Positions 18,031 through 27,489 of a stretch of DNA of 64,000 nt are shown piece by piece (position 1 is the first letter of the stretch; each line of letters begins with the position of its first letter). The notes beneath the pieces were generated by a model. That model ran no database searches. It saw nothing but the letters and a program-made list of their open reading frames with translations, and was not told where the DNA came from. Both the position numbers and the translations under genes were made by a program. Source of the stretch: Candidatus Zixiibacteriota bacterium (GTDB lineage Bacteria; Zixibacteria; MSB-5A5; RBG-16-43-9); the NCBI GenBank assembly GCA_030692925.1, contig JAUYBY010000028.1, positions 4,351 through 68,350 on the forward strand, written 5' to 3'.

Positions 18031-18420
18031 TTATTTCGCCTTATCCACAATCCCTCTTAAATCCTCATCCACCTTCAATGGGAGTTCTCCCAAGTCTAAA
18101 TCCGGGAAAAACTCGCCTATCATTACCGGTCTCATTCCGCTGATGAAAATCTCTCCATTTTTTTCATACAGGCTTATTCGACAGGGCATACACAGGCTGA
18201 TTAAACTATCCTCTTTTAGAAATTGATAAGCATGTTTGGCATTGCAGATCTCAAACAATTTCAACGGCGGGTGTTCAAATCCTTTTACCGCCAGCATCTC
18301 CTTCATATCATAGACCTGCAGAACCGTCCAGCCTTTGGCTTCAACTGCTTTGCGGATATCCACAGCCGCCTGTACAAAACTCTTATCGGTCTTAACTGTA
18401 TAATCGAATTTTATCTGCAT
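18031..18420 (-). CDS. DUF302-domain protein
   Basis: MQIKFDYTVKT...VLQVYDMKEML matches the DUF302 pattern. The ORF-track N-terminal extension up to 18477 runs into a palindromic repeat and is probably not translated. Confidence 0.55.
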   Translation of the reverse strand: MQIKFDYTVKTDKSFVQAAVDIRKAVEAKGWTVLQVYDMKEMLAVKGFEHPPLKLFEICNAKHAYQFLKEDSLISLCMPCRISLYEKNGEIFISGMRPVMIGEFFPDLDLGELPLKVDEDLRGIVDKAK

Positions 18421-18476
18421 CTCTTCCTCCTTTCCGCTCTCTGTTGGTGTCCCCACCAACAGATAATAGGTTAGCA

Positions 18477-18506
18477 CTTGTCGTTGGTCAGGAGACCAAC
18501 GACAAG
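18477..18506. repeat. perfect 13-bp-stem palindrome cttgtcgttggtc-aggag-accaacgacaag
   Basis: Hairpin with the GGTCAGGAGACC core. Related copies lie at 36086-36153 and 51213-51237. Confidence 0.6.
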
Positions 18507-18638
18507 CGAAGGGCGGAGGCCCCGCATAAACGGGATTTCGCTTCGCTCAATCCGAATTTGGATCCTGTGGACAAGCTCCGCCCCTACGCGACTTTCTTCG
18601 CCCGACACCAAGGTCGGGCGTTACGGAGCAATTCTCAC

Positions 18639-18673
18639 TTGAACCCTTGACCCCTTGAATCCCCGAACCCTTG
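18639..18673. repeat. degenerate tandem TTGA(A)CCCC motif block
   Basis: ttgaacccttgaccccttgaatccccgaacccttg. A near-identical block lies at 58789-58822. Confidence 0.55.
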
Positions 18674-18678
18674 TTTTT

Positions 18679-19080
18679 TTAAAGATTCGGTTTGCATTTG
18701 CAATGTTCTTTATACATACATTTATCCATAACCACCGTCAAGCCGGCATCAGTAGCTTTTTTAGCCGCATCTTCGTTAATAATCCCTTCCTGCATCCAGA
18801 CTACCTTTGCCTTGATCTTGATAGCCTGTTCCACTATTGGAGTCACCTCCTCAGACCTTCTGAAGATATCCACACAATCGACCGCCTGCGGTATAGATAC
18901 TAAATCCGGATAACATTTCTCGCCGAGTATCTCCTTTTCATTCGGGTTAACCGGGATGATCTTGTAACCCTGGGATTGTAGATACCTTGCCACCGAATAG
19001 CTGGGACGGGCAGGGTTAGAAGAAAGCCCCACTACAGCAATAGTTTTAGACTCCGCAAAGATTTTCTCCATTTCGTTCAT
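18679..19080 (-). CDS. CoA-binding domain protein (YccU-like)
   Basis: KTIAVVGLSSNPARPSYSVARYL..GYKIIPVNP Rossmann CoA-binding signature. Confidence 0.7.
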   Translation of the reverse strand: MNEMEKIFAESKTIAVVGLSSNPARPSYSVARYLQSQGYKIIPVNPNEKEILGEKCYPDLVSIPQAVDCVDIFRRSEEVTPIVEQAIKIKAKVVWMQEGIINEDAAKKATDAGLTVVMDKCMYKEHCKCKPNL

Positions 19081-19091
19081 TTTGCCTCCGG

Positions 19092-20825
19092 TTAAGATTT
19101 TTTTCTTTTTTTCTTTTTCCTGCCAGCTTTTTCAACTTCTCTTTTTATGACCTCGAAGATCTTCTTCTGTTTTCCAAATCCGATTAAAGCTTTTTCAAAA
19201 ACCTCCTCCATCCTATCCACCCAGATAAACTCAAGCTCGCTTATTAACTCCTCCGGTAAATCCGGCAGGTTTCTCTGATTAGATTTGGGCAAAATTATTT
19301 TTTTTATCCCTACTCTTCTTGCCGCTGAAAGCTTTTCCTTAATTCCTCCGACCGGAAGGATATTCCCCCGCAAGGAAACTTCCCCGCTCATGGCTAAATC
19401 GTTCCGTATCGGCTTTTCGCTCATCACCGAGGCGATAACCAGACAAATGGTCATCCCGGCAGAAGGACCATCCTTAGGAATAGCCTCTGAAGGGAAATGG
19501 ATATGGATATCATAATTGGTGAAATCCTGATAGTTGATTCCGAGAAGTTGAGCCCTGGAGCGAACATAACTATGCGCGGTCTGGATCGATTCACGGATGA
19601 TTCCCCCTAACTGCCCGGTGGAGAATATCTGGCCGCTCCCTCTCATCCTTAGACCTTCGATCAGCATTATGTCCCCGCCTGAGGCTGTCCAGGCTAAGCC
19701 GCAAGCCACTCCGACCTCTGGTTTTTTCTCTGCTATTTCCGGGATGTAAAGCGGAGTGCCCAGGTAGTCTGTCAAGTTTTCTGCTGAGACCCTCCAGAAA
19801 TTTCCACTGCCTGAGGCTTTTAGCCTGGCACATTTTCGGCAGATGGTTTCTATCTCTTTTTGCAGTTCTCTCAAACCCTCCTCAATCGTGTATTCCCTCA
19901 CGATTTTCTTTATCGCCTCATCCGTTATCTTTACCTCCCCCTCAGTCAACCCATGCCTTTTGATCTGGGTGGGGACAAGATATCTTCTGGCAATCTGTAA
20001 CTTCTCCTCTTCTATGAATCCGGTGAACTCGATTATCTCGAAGAACTCCAGAAGCGCATCCGGGATTTCCTCCATATTTTTAGCTGTGGCAATAAATAGA
20101 ACCTGGGAGACGTCAAAGGAAAGTCCTAAATAATTATCTATGAAACTAGAGTTATGCTCTGGATCTAAAACCTCAAGCAGAGCAGAGATGACCTCTCCCT
20201 TGGGAGCTCCATCCCCTAATCTGTCCACCCCTTCAATTAGAAATAAAGGATTATTGCAACCTGTTTCTCTCAGATTTTTTATTATTATCCCAGGAGAACC
20301 AGTGGAGAAACCGAACCTTTCTCCTTTTATCTGCTGGCTGGTGGAAAAACCCGCTACGCTTAACCGTACTAATTTCCGGTCCAGGGCTGAAGCTATTGAC
20401 CGGGCTAAGGCAGTTTTGCCAGTCCCGGGAGGTCCGACAAAACATAAGATCGAACCTTTGATGTCTTTTTTTAGCTGGCGAATGGAGAAATATTCGTAGA
20501 TTCGCTCCTTCATCTTTTTCTGCCCAAAAAATTCTTTATCCAGGACCTTTTCCAGTTTTTCTACGTCGATCTCCTCTGCACAACTCTGGGCCCAGGGAAG
20601 TGAAAGCAGCCAGTCGATGTAGTCATGGATCAAACCGTACTCAGTAGAAGCTGGAGAAATTAGCTTCAGTCTCTGGATCTCCATTAAGGCTTTCCTTTCA
20701 ACCTGCAAAGGCAGACTGGCATCGCGGATTTTCTTTTCCAGCCGCTCTACATCCGATTTTTGAATGTCTACTTCAGCTGAACTTTTTTTCTCTTTGCCAC
20801 CCTCGTTGTCTTTCGATTCCATCAT
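19092..20825 (-). CDS. lon: ATP-dependent protease Lon (LonA-type AAA+ and S16 protease domains) lacking the N-terminal LON substrate-binding domain
   Basis: Strong co-linear similarity to the E. coli Lon central region (IDWLLSLPW, GPPGTGKT, protease GPSAGMT...SGEVSLRGNILPVGGIKEK). Only about 115 aa precede the AAA module. Confidence 0.75.
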   Translation of the reverse strand: MMESKDNEGGKEKKSSAEVDIQKSDVERLEKKIRDASLPLQVERKALMEIQRLKLISPASTEYGLIHDYIDWLLSLPWAQSCAEEIDVEKLEKVLDKEFFGQKKMKERIYEYFSIRQLKKDIKGSILCFVGPPGTGKTALARSIASALDRKLVRLSVAGFSTSQQIKGERFGFSTGSPGIIIKNLRETGCNNPLFLIEGVDRLGDGAPKGEVISALLEVLDPEHNSSFIDNYLGLSFDVSQVLFIATAKNMEEIPDALLEFFEIIEFTGFIEEEKLQIARRYLVPTQIKRHGLTEGEVKITDEAIKKIVREYTIEEGLRELQKEIETICRKCARLKASGSGNFWRVSAENLTDYLGTPLYIPEIAEKKPEVGVACGLAWTASGGDIMLIEGLRMRGSGQIFSTGQLGGIIRESIQTAHSYVRSRAQLLGINYQDFTNYDIHIHFPSEAIPKDGPSAGMTICLVIASVMSEKPIRNDLAMSGEVSLRGNILPVGGIKEKLSAARRVGIKKIILPKSNQRNLPDLPEELISELEFIWVDRMEEVFEKALIGFGKQKKIFEVIKREVEKAGRKKKKRKKS

Positions 20826-21003
20826 TTTTTTCCTCTCCCTTTTCGGACAAGTCCGGCTTGTTTATTTGAGACTGTTGCTGAAAATATATTTTTATTCCCT
20901 TTGCAAGTCAAGAAGATTGAGGCACAAACAAAATCAGGGAGGTCGAAGCGACCTCCCCAATCAGATTTTTTGATACTCTGTTGTAGACTCTTGAGACGTT
21001 CTT

Positions 21004-21654
21004 CTATTTTTTAGGGCCGGTTTTCAGCTCGTAAACCTTCTTCATCACTACTTTTTCCAGGGGGAAGTCACCTGGTCCAGTTTTAACAGCAGCGATTTTG
21101 TCTACTGCGTCCATACCTTTGATGACTTTCCCAAAAACAACATATTTGCCGTCTAAGCTCGGAAGGTTTTTTAAACAGATGTAGAATTGACTTCCTCCGG
21201 AATTCAGCTCTTGAGCACGTGCCATTCCGACTGAACCCCTCAGATGTTTGGTGTCTGCTTTCTCAAAAGGTATTGTATACCCGGGTCCGCCACCGCCTGT
21301 TCCCTCCGGGTCGCCCCCTTGAATGACGAAATTGGGAACAATGCGATGAAAGGTCAAGCCATTATAGAAACCTTTATGAACCAGTCTCAAGAAGTTCAGA
21401 GCGGTCTTGGGAGTCTCCTTCCAGAACAGCTCCAGTTCTATATTGCCGAAACCCGTCTCAATGACCACGATCGGGTTTTTCTCCCGGACTATTTTTTCAG
21501 TAGTATCAACGGGTAACTTAGATTTGGTGGTATCAGCCATGGCATCGCTCTCCCCCACAGTTGTCTGTGAACTTTCTTGTTTGTTTTCCTTCTTGCACCC
21601 GGCAAAACTGACTATCAGCAAAAAAATCATCAAACCATAAACCGCCTTTTTCAT
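21004..21654 (-). CDS. cyclophilin-type peptidyl-prolyl cis-trans isomerase, lipoprotein
   Basis: Lipobox FAGC. FHRIVPNFVIQGGDP...GGGGPGY cyclophilin motif. Confidence 0.8.
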   Translation of the reverse strand: MKKAVYGLMIFLLIVSFAGCKKENKQESSQTTVGESDAMADTTKSKLPVDTTEKIVREKNPIVVIETGFGNIELELFWKETPKTALNFLRLVHKGFYNGLTFHRIVPNFVIQGGDPEGTGGGGPGYTIPFEKADTKHLRGSVGMARAQELNSGGSQFYICLKNLPSLDGKYVVFGKVIKGMDAVDKIAAVKTGPGDFPLEKVVMKKVYELKTGPKK

Positions 21655-21913
21655 TTTTTCCTCCTTATAAAGGGTTTTTAGGTTAATTTGTCTGATTTTG
21701 CTTAATTTTCACCTCTTCTAAACTGAATAATTTAGGAGAATATAGTGGCACTTTTTTAATATGTCAAGAAAAATGGGAAATTAGTAATGGAACGGGCAAA
21801 TAGTCTCTGTTTTCATATTTTTCGAAAAAGAAAAATCTTGTAGCTTTATATGGTTCCTTTTATTTAATTGTTCAAAAACGTAGTTTGAATTCTGATCTTT
21901 AAAAATAGGAGTT

Positions 21914-22732
21914 ATGAAAAACGATTCTGAAAGTTTCAGCCAGTTAGTCAGTTTGATGAAAAAACTCCGTTCTAAAAAGGGGTGTCCCTGGGATAGAGCC
22001 CAGACCCACAGGTCGCTTCTTCCCTATCTGATCGAGGAGGCTTACGAGGTTCTGGACTCAGTGGAGAAAGAGAATGATTTGAAATTTAAAGAGGAGCTGG
22101 GGGACCTGCTTCTGCAGATAATCTTTCATGCTGAGATCGCCAGGGAAGAAAAAAGGTTTGATATCCATCAGGTCATCAACAGTCTGAGACTCAAACTTAT
22201 TCATAGACATCCCCATGTCTTCAAGAAAAGAAAAAAGCTTTCTCCAGACCAGGTAATAAAAAACTGGGAACATATAAAATTAGCCACTTCAGATAATAAA
22301 TCGGTCTTATCCGGGATACCGAGAAGTTTACCTGCTTTGCTCAAAGCCTTCCGCGTAGGAGAAAAGGTGGGAAGATATGGTTTTGATTGGAAGAGAAAAG
22401 AAGATGTCCTACCAAAATTAAAGGAGGAGCTTAAGGAATTTCAAAAAGCCTGCTTATCTAAGAGCAAAAAAAGAATTGAAGAGGAATTAGGCGATATCTT
22501 CTTCACCCTGGTAAATCTATCCCGACATCTGAAGATAAATCCGGAGATAGCCCTGGGAAGGACTGTGGAAAAATTCATCCGGAGATTCAATTATATAGAA
22601 AAAGAGTTGTCCAGAAATAAGAAATCTCTAAAGAAAACCAGTCTGAAGGAACTGGATTATCTCTGGGAAAAATCTAAAAAAAGCAGGGGCGTCTCGCCAC
22701 AGGCGGACGCCCCTAAAAAAATAGACCCTTAG
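21914..22732 (+). CDS. mazG: nucleoside triphosphate pyrophosphohydrolase MazG
   Basis: LVSLMKKLRSKKGCPWDRAQTHRSLLPYLIEEAYEV and EELGDLL MazG motifs, duplicated EExxE domain. Confidence 0.8.
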   Translation: MKNDSESFSQLVSLMKKLRSKKGCPWDRAQTHRSLLPYLIEEAYEVLDSVEKENDLKFKEELGDLLLQIIFHAEIAREEKRFDIHQVINSLRLKLIHRHPHVFKKRKKLSPDQVIKNWEHIKLATSDNKSVLSGIPRSLPALLKAFRVGEKVGRYGFDWKRKEDVLPKLKEELKEFQKACLSKSKKRIEEELGDIFFTLVNLSRHLKINPEIALGRTVEKFIRRFNYIEKELSRNKKSLKKTSLKELDYLWEKSKKSRGVSPQADAPKKIDP

Positions 22733-22738
22733 ATTGGA

Positions 22739-24274
22739 TTACTTTTGCACTATCTCCACTCTGCGGTTCTCTTTTCTTCCTTCTTCGGTTTTGTTGTCAG
22801 CTATGAAGTTAGTCGCACCGTATCCCACAGCAGTCAGTCTTTCCTTTTCCACACCCTTGGAGATTAAGTATTCCATCACCTTCTCAGCCCTTTTCTGAGA
22901 GATGCTCTTATTGACTGCAGGAGTTCCAGAGTTATCCGCGTAACCTCCGATTTCGAGCCTTACATCTTTATAAGTCTGAAGTCTTGTGGTCAGATCATCT
23001 AAAATAGCTTTGGCAGGTTCGTCGATTTCCACGCTGCCGGGTTTATACACGATGTGCAGGGTTATCTTTTGCTCGATCGGATTCACCAGAGGACAACCAG
23101 AAGCATCGACCTTTACTCCTTTAGGAGTGTCAGGGCACTTGTCCAGACCATCGCACACGCCATCTCCGTCTGAATCTGTTGGACAGCCGTCTTTATCAAT
23201 TTTACATCCCTTAGGAGTATCCGAACATTTATCCAGATAGTCGGGTACTCCATCGCCATCTGAATCTATGGGACAGCCGGTGGCGTCAACCTTTACTCCC
23301 TTGGGAGTATCGGGACATTTATCCAAGCCATCGCAGATTCCGTCTCCATCTGAATCAATCGGACAGCCAGTAGCATCGACTTTACAACCTTTAGCCGTGT
23401 TGGGACATTTGTCTAAACCATCGCAGACGCCATCACCATCCGAATCCAGAGGACAACCTTTAGCATCCACTATGCAGCCTAAAGGAGTATCCGGACACTG
23501 ATCAATTTTATCTGGCACTCCATCTTTGTCCGTATCCTTAGGCTTTCCTAAATAGTAATTGACTCCGACAAAAGCCTCAGGGATCGCCCGGGGAAGGTCC
23601 AATTCACCTGCCGCTGTGCCAACCACATCCTTATCATCCTTGAAACTGGTCAGTAAGCGAGTCAGATAATGGACTCTACCGCCAATATTCAAGCCCAGGT
23701 TTTCCAGAGGATAATATTCGACCCCTAAACCCACTAAAACAGTTATCTCCTGGTCCTTTACATCAAAAGCTTTACCCGTTTTGTCATATACCAACGAGCC
23801 TTTAGACATAAGCATCGAGTCAGACGAAACAAGTGGGGTCCCGTCAAATTTCTTAAACTTCCAGACCGAGATTCCGCCACCGCCAAAAACATAAGGAGTG
23901 AATTTCTTTTCAGGCATAAAGTAATAGTAAACAGCAGCCTCAGCCATTATATTCTGATAAGTATTGCCATCCTTTTTCTTAGAGAAAGTAAATCCTGCTC
24001 CATCATTCAGTTTACTGCCTTCCAGCTTTGCCTGCCAGGTGTAAAAATAGGTTCCGGTTACGCCAACGGCTAAGTTCTTGAGAATACCATACTTCAGGGT
24101 AACTCCACCCTGAGGTCCTACTATCCAGATATCTGAATGATCAGTCAAAACCGGTTTCCACAGCCCACCCTGAGCGCCCAATCCGACCATCCCCTTCATC
24201 TCAATGGGATATGAAACAACGCTTAAACTGAGAATTAATAATATTGCCCCGTACAACCACACCAGTCTCTTCAC
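22739..24274 (-). CDS. OmpA-family outer membrane protein with an N-terminal beta-barrel and thrombospondin type 3 repeats
   Basis: Signal peptide, about 7 repeats of DTDKDGVPDxxDxCPDTPxG, and a C-terminal OmpA_C (ADNSGT...NRRVE). Confidence 0.8.
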   Translation of the reverse strand: MKRLVWLYGAILLILSLSVVSYPIEMKGMVGLGAQGGLWKPVLTDHSDIWIVGPQGGVTLKYGILKNLAVGVTGTYFYTWQAKLEGSKLNDGAGFTFSKKKDGNTYQNIMAEAAVYYYFMPEKKFTPYVFGGGGISVWKFKKFDGTPLVSSDSMLMSKGSLVYDKTGKAFDVKDQEITVLVGLGVEYYPLENLGLNIGGRVHYLTRLLTSFKDDKDVVGTAAGELDLPRAIPEAFVGVNYYLGKPKDTDKDGVPDKIDQCPDTPLGCIVDAKGCPLDSDGDGVCDGLDKCPNTAKGCKVDATGCPIDSDGDGICDGLDKCPDTPKGVKVDATGCPIDSDGDGVPDYLDKCSDTPKGCKIDKDGCPTDSDGDGVCDGLDKCPDTPKGVKVDASGCPLVNPIEQKITLHIVYKPGSVEIDEPAKAILDDLTTRLQTYKDVRLEIGGYADNSGTPAVNKSISQKRAEKVMEYLISKGVEKERLTAVGYGATNFIADNKTEEGRKENRRVEIVQK

Positions 24275-24410
24275 TTTTTAAACTCCTTTCAAGATATGAA
24301 TTCGAACCTTTCTGCTGTTTTGGAAATCTATTTTGAATTTAGGCACATTTCTGATTGTCTTGAGTTAAAAACCGCTTCAAAAAAACTCGCAATCCTCCAG
24401 GAAAAAAGGT

Positions 24411-24446
24411 ATTAAAAAAGTAGGGGCGAGGTTACCCCGCCCCTAC
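24411..24446 (-). terminator. rho-independent terminator of the second ompA-TSP3 paralog
   Basis: Perfect 9-bp stem gtaggggcg/cgcccctac. Read on the minus strand it is followed by TTTTTTAAT. Confidence 0.65.
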
Positions 24447-24471
24447 AAGGACAACCTTGAACAAAAGGTTG

Positions 24472-25986
24472 TTACTTCTGCACTATCTCTACTCTGCGGT
24501 TCTCTTTTCTTCCTTCATCCGTCTTGTTGTCAGCTATGAAGTTAGTCGCACCGTATCCCATAGCAGTCAGCCTGTCCTTTTCCACTCCCTTGGAAATCAA
24601 GTAATCCAAGACCTTTCCCGCTCTTTTCTGAGAGAGCTTCTTGTTAGCTGTAGCAGTTCCGGTGGCATCCGTATAGCCGCCTATCTCCAGCTTCACATCC
24701 TTATAAGTCATCAGTCTTGTGGCAAGGTCATCCAGGATAGCCTTATTGGCTTCATCGATCTCCGCGCTGCCCACCTTGTACAATATGTGCAGGGTTATCT
24801 TCTGCTCGATCGGCTTTACCTTGGGGCATCCGGATGCATCGACCTCTGCTCCTTTAGGAGTATCCGCGCACTTATCCAGCCCATCACACACGCCATCTCC
24901 GTCCGAATCCACCGGACAGCCAGTAGCATCTACCTTGCAACCTTTAGGAGTATCAGCGCATTTATCTTTGGAATCTGGCACTCCGTCAGCGTCTGAATCA
25001 AGTTCGCAACCGGTAGCATCTACTTTAACTCCCTTGGCAGTACCTGAACATTTATCCAAACCATCGCAGACTCCGTCACCATCTGCATCCATCGGACAAC
25101 CAGTTGCATCAACCTTGCAGCCCTTAGGAGTATTCGGGCATTTGTCTAAACCATCACAGATTCCATCGTTGTCTGCATCCATCGGACAGCCTTTGTCATC
25201 CACTAGGCAGCCAATAGGAGTATCCGGGCACTGATCAGTCTTATCCGCCACTCCGTCTTTGTCCGAATCCTTGGGCTTTCCAAAATAGTAGTTGACCCCG
25301 ACGAATGCCTCGACAATCCCTTTGGGAAGGTCTAATTGATTGGCTCCTGTTCCGACCACGTCTTTATCATCTTTGAAGCTGGTTAATAAACGAGTCAGAT
25401 AATGGAATTTGGCGCCGATATTGATGCCTACCTGCGGCGCGGGATAATACTCGATGCCCGCTCCCACTAAAGCAGTTATCTCCTGGTCTTTCAACTCGAC
25501 TGAATCTGCTTTACCAGAGATGGGCGGTTCTGGTGTGAACCATGCCTGATTCCCATTAGAGTCCTTCACTTTCCATATCGAGACTCCACCACCACCAAAG
25601 ATATAGGGAGTGAATTTCTTCTCAGGCAAAAAATAGTAGTAAACAGCTGCCTCGGCCAGTATGTGCTGGTAAGTCCTGGCATTATCTGCCTTGGAGAAAG
25701 AGAATTTCGCTCCATCATTCACATTGCTGCTGTCGAGCTTTGCCTCCCAGGTCATAAGATAAGACCCGGTTACACCAATAGCCAGATTCTTCAGAATACC
25801 GTACTTCACGGTAGCTCCGCCGTCGAACCCCACTGTCCACATGTCTGAATGATCAGTCAGGACCGGTTTCCAAAGTCCACCGTTAGCCCCCAATCCAACC
25901 ATACCCTTCATCTCAATTGGGTATGTAACAACGCTCAGAGTAAGAACTAACGCTATTACCCCAAGTAACAAGGATAGTTTCTTCAC
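24472..25986 (-). CDS. OmpA-family outer membrane protein with TSP3 repeats, tandem paralog
   Basis: Same architecture as 22739-24274, with N-termini about 70% identical. Confidence 0.8.
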   Translation of the reverse strand: MKKLSLLLGVIALVLTLSVVTYPIEMKGMVGLGANGGLWKPVLTDHSDMWTVGFDGGATVKYGILKNLAIGVTGSYLMTWEAKLDSSNVNDGAKFSFSKADNARTYQHILAEAAVYYYFLPEKKFTPYIFGGGGVSIWKVKDSNGNQAWFTPEPPISGKADSVELKDQEITALVGAGIEYYPAPQVGINIGAKFHYLTRLLTSFKDDKDVVGTGANQLDLPKGIVEAFVGVNYYFGKPKDSDKDGVADKTDQCPDTPIGCLVDDKGCPMDADNDGICDGLDKCPNTPKGCKVDATGCPMDADGDGVCDGLDKCSGTAKGVKVDATGCELDSDADGVPDSKDKCADTPKGCKVDATGCPVDSDGDGVCDGLDKCADTPKGAEVDASGCPKVKPIEQKITLHILYKVGSAEIDEANKAILDDLATRLMTYKDVKLEIGGYTDATGTATANKKLSQKRAGKVLDYLISKGVEKDRLTAMGYGATNFIADNKTDEGRKENRRVEIVQK

Positions 25987-26199
25987 TTTCTGACCTCCTT
26001 TTTAAGGTTATGAATTCAAAATCTACCCTGTTTCAAAAACTTGTTTTTCTCTTGGGTATCACCCCCTCGGTTATCTTGAGTTAAAATTCCTTTTTCTTTA
26101 TGTAGTCCTGCTTATAACATTTAAAGTTTCGAGAATTTAAAGAAACTCATCTCTGATTGTCAAGTGTTTTTTTTAAATTTTTGAAAAAAAGAAGCCGGT

Positions 26200-27489
26200 T
26201 CAGTAAATCTTTACTACTTTTGCCCCTCTGTAATAATAGGATAGAATGGCTTTATAAGTATGCCCAGCGCGAGCTCTTCCCAGAGCTCCGGTCTGGCACA
26301 TTCCCACACCGTGTCCATTACCAGAGCCTCTAAATATGATTTTTTCCAGTTCTCCATCTGGATCTCTTATAAGCTCGATATCGAAAAAGGTGCTAGGCAG
26401 AATGGGATGTGGAGGTTTTTCTCTCCTAAAGATCCATCTTATGTTATCTTTTTCTAATGTGAAAATTCCTTTGTCGGTCCTTAATTCGAGGAGAGAGACC
26501 CTGCCCGAAGGAGACCTTTTCTGAACCTGAAGATCTAAGATTTTCCCGATTCCTCCCTGGGGTACTTCCTGGTAAGCCTTTAAATATGCGGAGACAATCT
26601 CTTCCAACTCTTCTCTTGACCAGCTTTCCTGCCAGGTGGCGTTCTTAGCCCAGGAGCAAAAACCGTCATCTCCCAGAGAAAATAAATATGGCTCCGGAGG
26701 CTTATTCCAGACCTCTTCTATGCTTTCGGTCCAGCCGCCACAATTAGCATGGTAGTGGGCTTTTATGAACCTGCCATCGTAGCTTAGAACCATACCTTGA
26801 GTCTTTTTAATTGCCAGATTATCTAATTGGTCCTCATAATCTGCCCCGGTGTAGACTTGATCAGCTACGGTGGATTCTAAGTTGTATCCCTCTTCTTTAG
26901 AGCTTCCTAAAGAGTTAAGGGCATAAGTCCTTGCCGCTATCGCCTGCGACTTTAAAGCCTCTAATTCTTTTTCACTCCAGTTACCGATCTCCGCCGGGAG
27001 GACTCCCTTTAAATAATCTTCTATGTAGACTACATTCAAAGCTAAAGCGGCAGTGTCCTGAGGTGAGTAGTTAACCTCCAGTATTCCCCTGTATCTTTTG
27101 CCGTTCAAATAAAACCATTGATTTTTACCCCTGGGCTCAATGACTGCTTTTTGAAGGTTTTTTTCCAGCTCATCACTCTCATTCGCACCTATGTCTATCC
27201 CAGCCTGATTTGACTTTAACCAGATCCGGGTTGAAGAGAAATATTCCGAGTCTCTCTGCTTATCTTTCCGGGTATAGCATTTGATGACAAATGAGCCATC
27301 CGGAGAAACTTTCAGCTCCTCTTTGGTTTCCAAAAGCTTGACCCTTACAATCGGGTATTTAAGTCTATGATAATAGACCTCCTCCCGGTAAAGAGGCATC
27401 TGGGCGCAGTTATATATAAAAATCGAAGTAAGAACTAAAGTAAGTTTAGCTACCAGTATTTTATGTCGTCTATTTGTTAAGGCAGGCAT
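26200..27489 (-). CDS. SpoIID/LytB domain protein (amidase activator / lytic transglycosylase-like)
   Basis: SpoIID/LytB core SQAIAARTYAL...HANCGGWTE. Confidence 0.65.
   Translation of the reverse strand: MPALTNRRHKILVAKLTLVLTSIFIYNCAQMPLYREEVYYHRLKYPIVRVKLLETKEELKVSPDGSFVIKCYTRKDKQRDSEYFSSTRIWLKSNQAGIDIGANESDELEKNLQKAVIEPRGKNQWFYLNGKRYRGILEVNYSPQDTAALALNVVYIEDYLKGVLPAEIGNWSEKELEALKSQAIAARTYALNSLGSSKEEGYNLESTVADQVYTGADYEDQLDNLAIKKTQGMVLSYDGRFIKAHYHANCGGWTESIEEVWNKPPEPYLFSLGDDGFCSWAKNATWQESWSREELEEIVSAYLKAYQEVPQGGIGKILDLQVQKRSPSGRVSLLELRTDKGIFTLEKDNIRWIFRREKPPHPILPSTFFDIELIRDPDGELEKIIFRGSGNGHGVGMCQTGALGRARAGHTYKAILSYYYRGAKVVKIY

Noticed and set aside
19092-20825. Lon-like protease as a BREX BrxL defence component
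   Set aside because: Co-linear similarity to housekeeping LonA is strong, and no other BREX genes (pglX, brxC, pglZ) are nearby.
22986-23501. Several 70-170-aa plus-strand ORFs rich in Ser/Pro/Gly (also 24457-25234), overlapping the ompA-TSP3 genes
   Set aside because: They are antisense reading frames through the repetitive GAT/GGN-rich TSP3 repeats. The sense frame has clear OmpA/TSP3 homology.
23100-23520. Regularly spaced DNA repeats that might suggest a CRISPR array
   Set aside because: The repeats are about 75-nt in-frame coding repeats (TSP3 units) inside a continuous ORF, with variable sequence and no spacer/repeat architecture.
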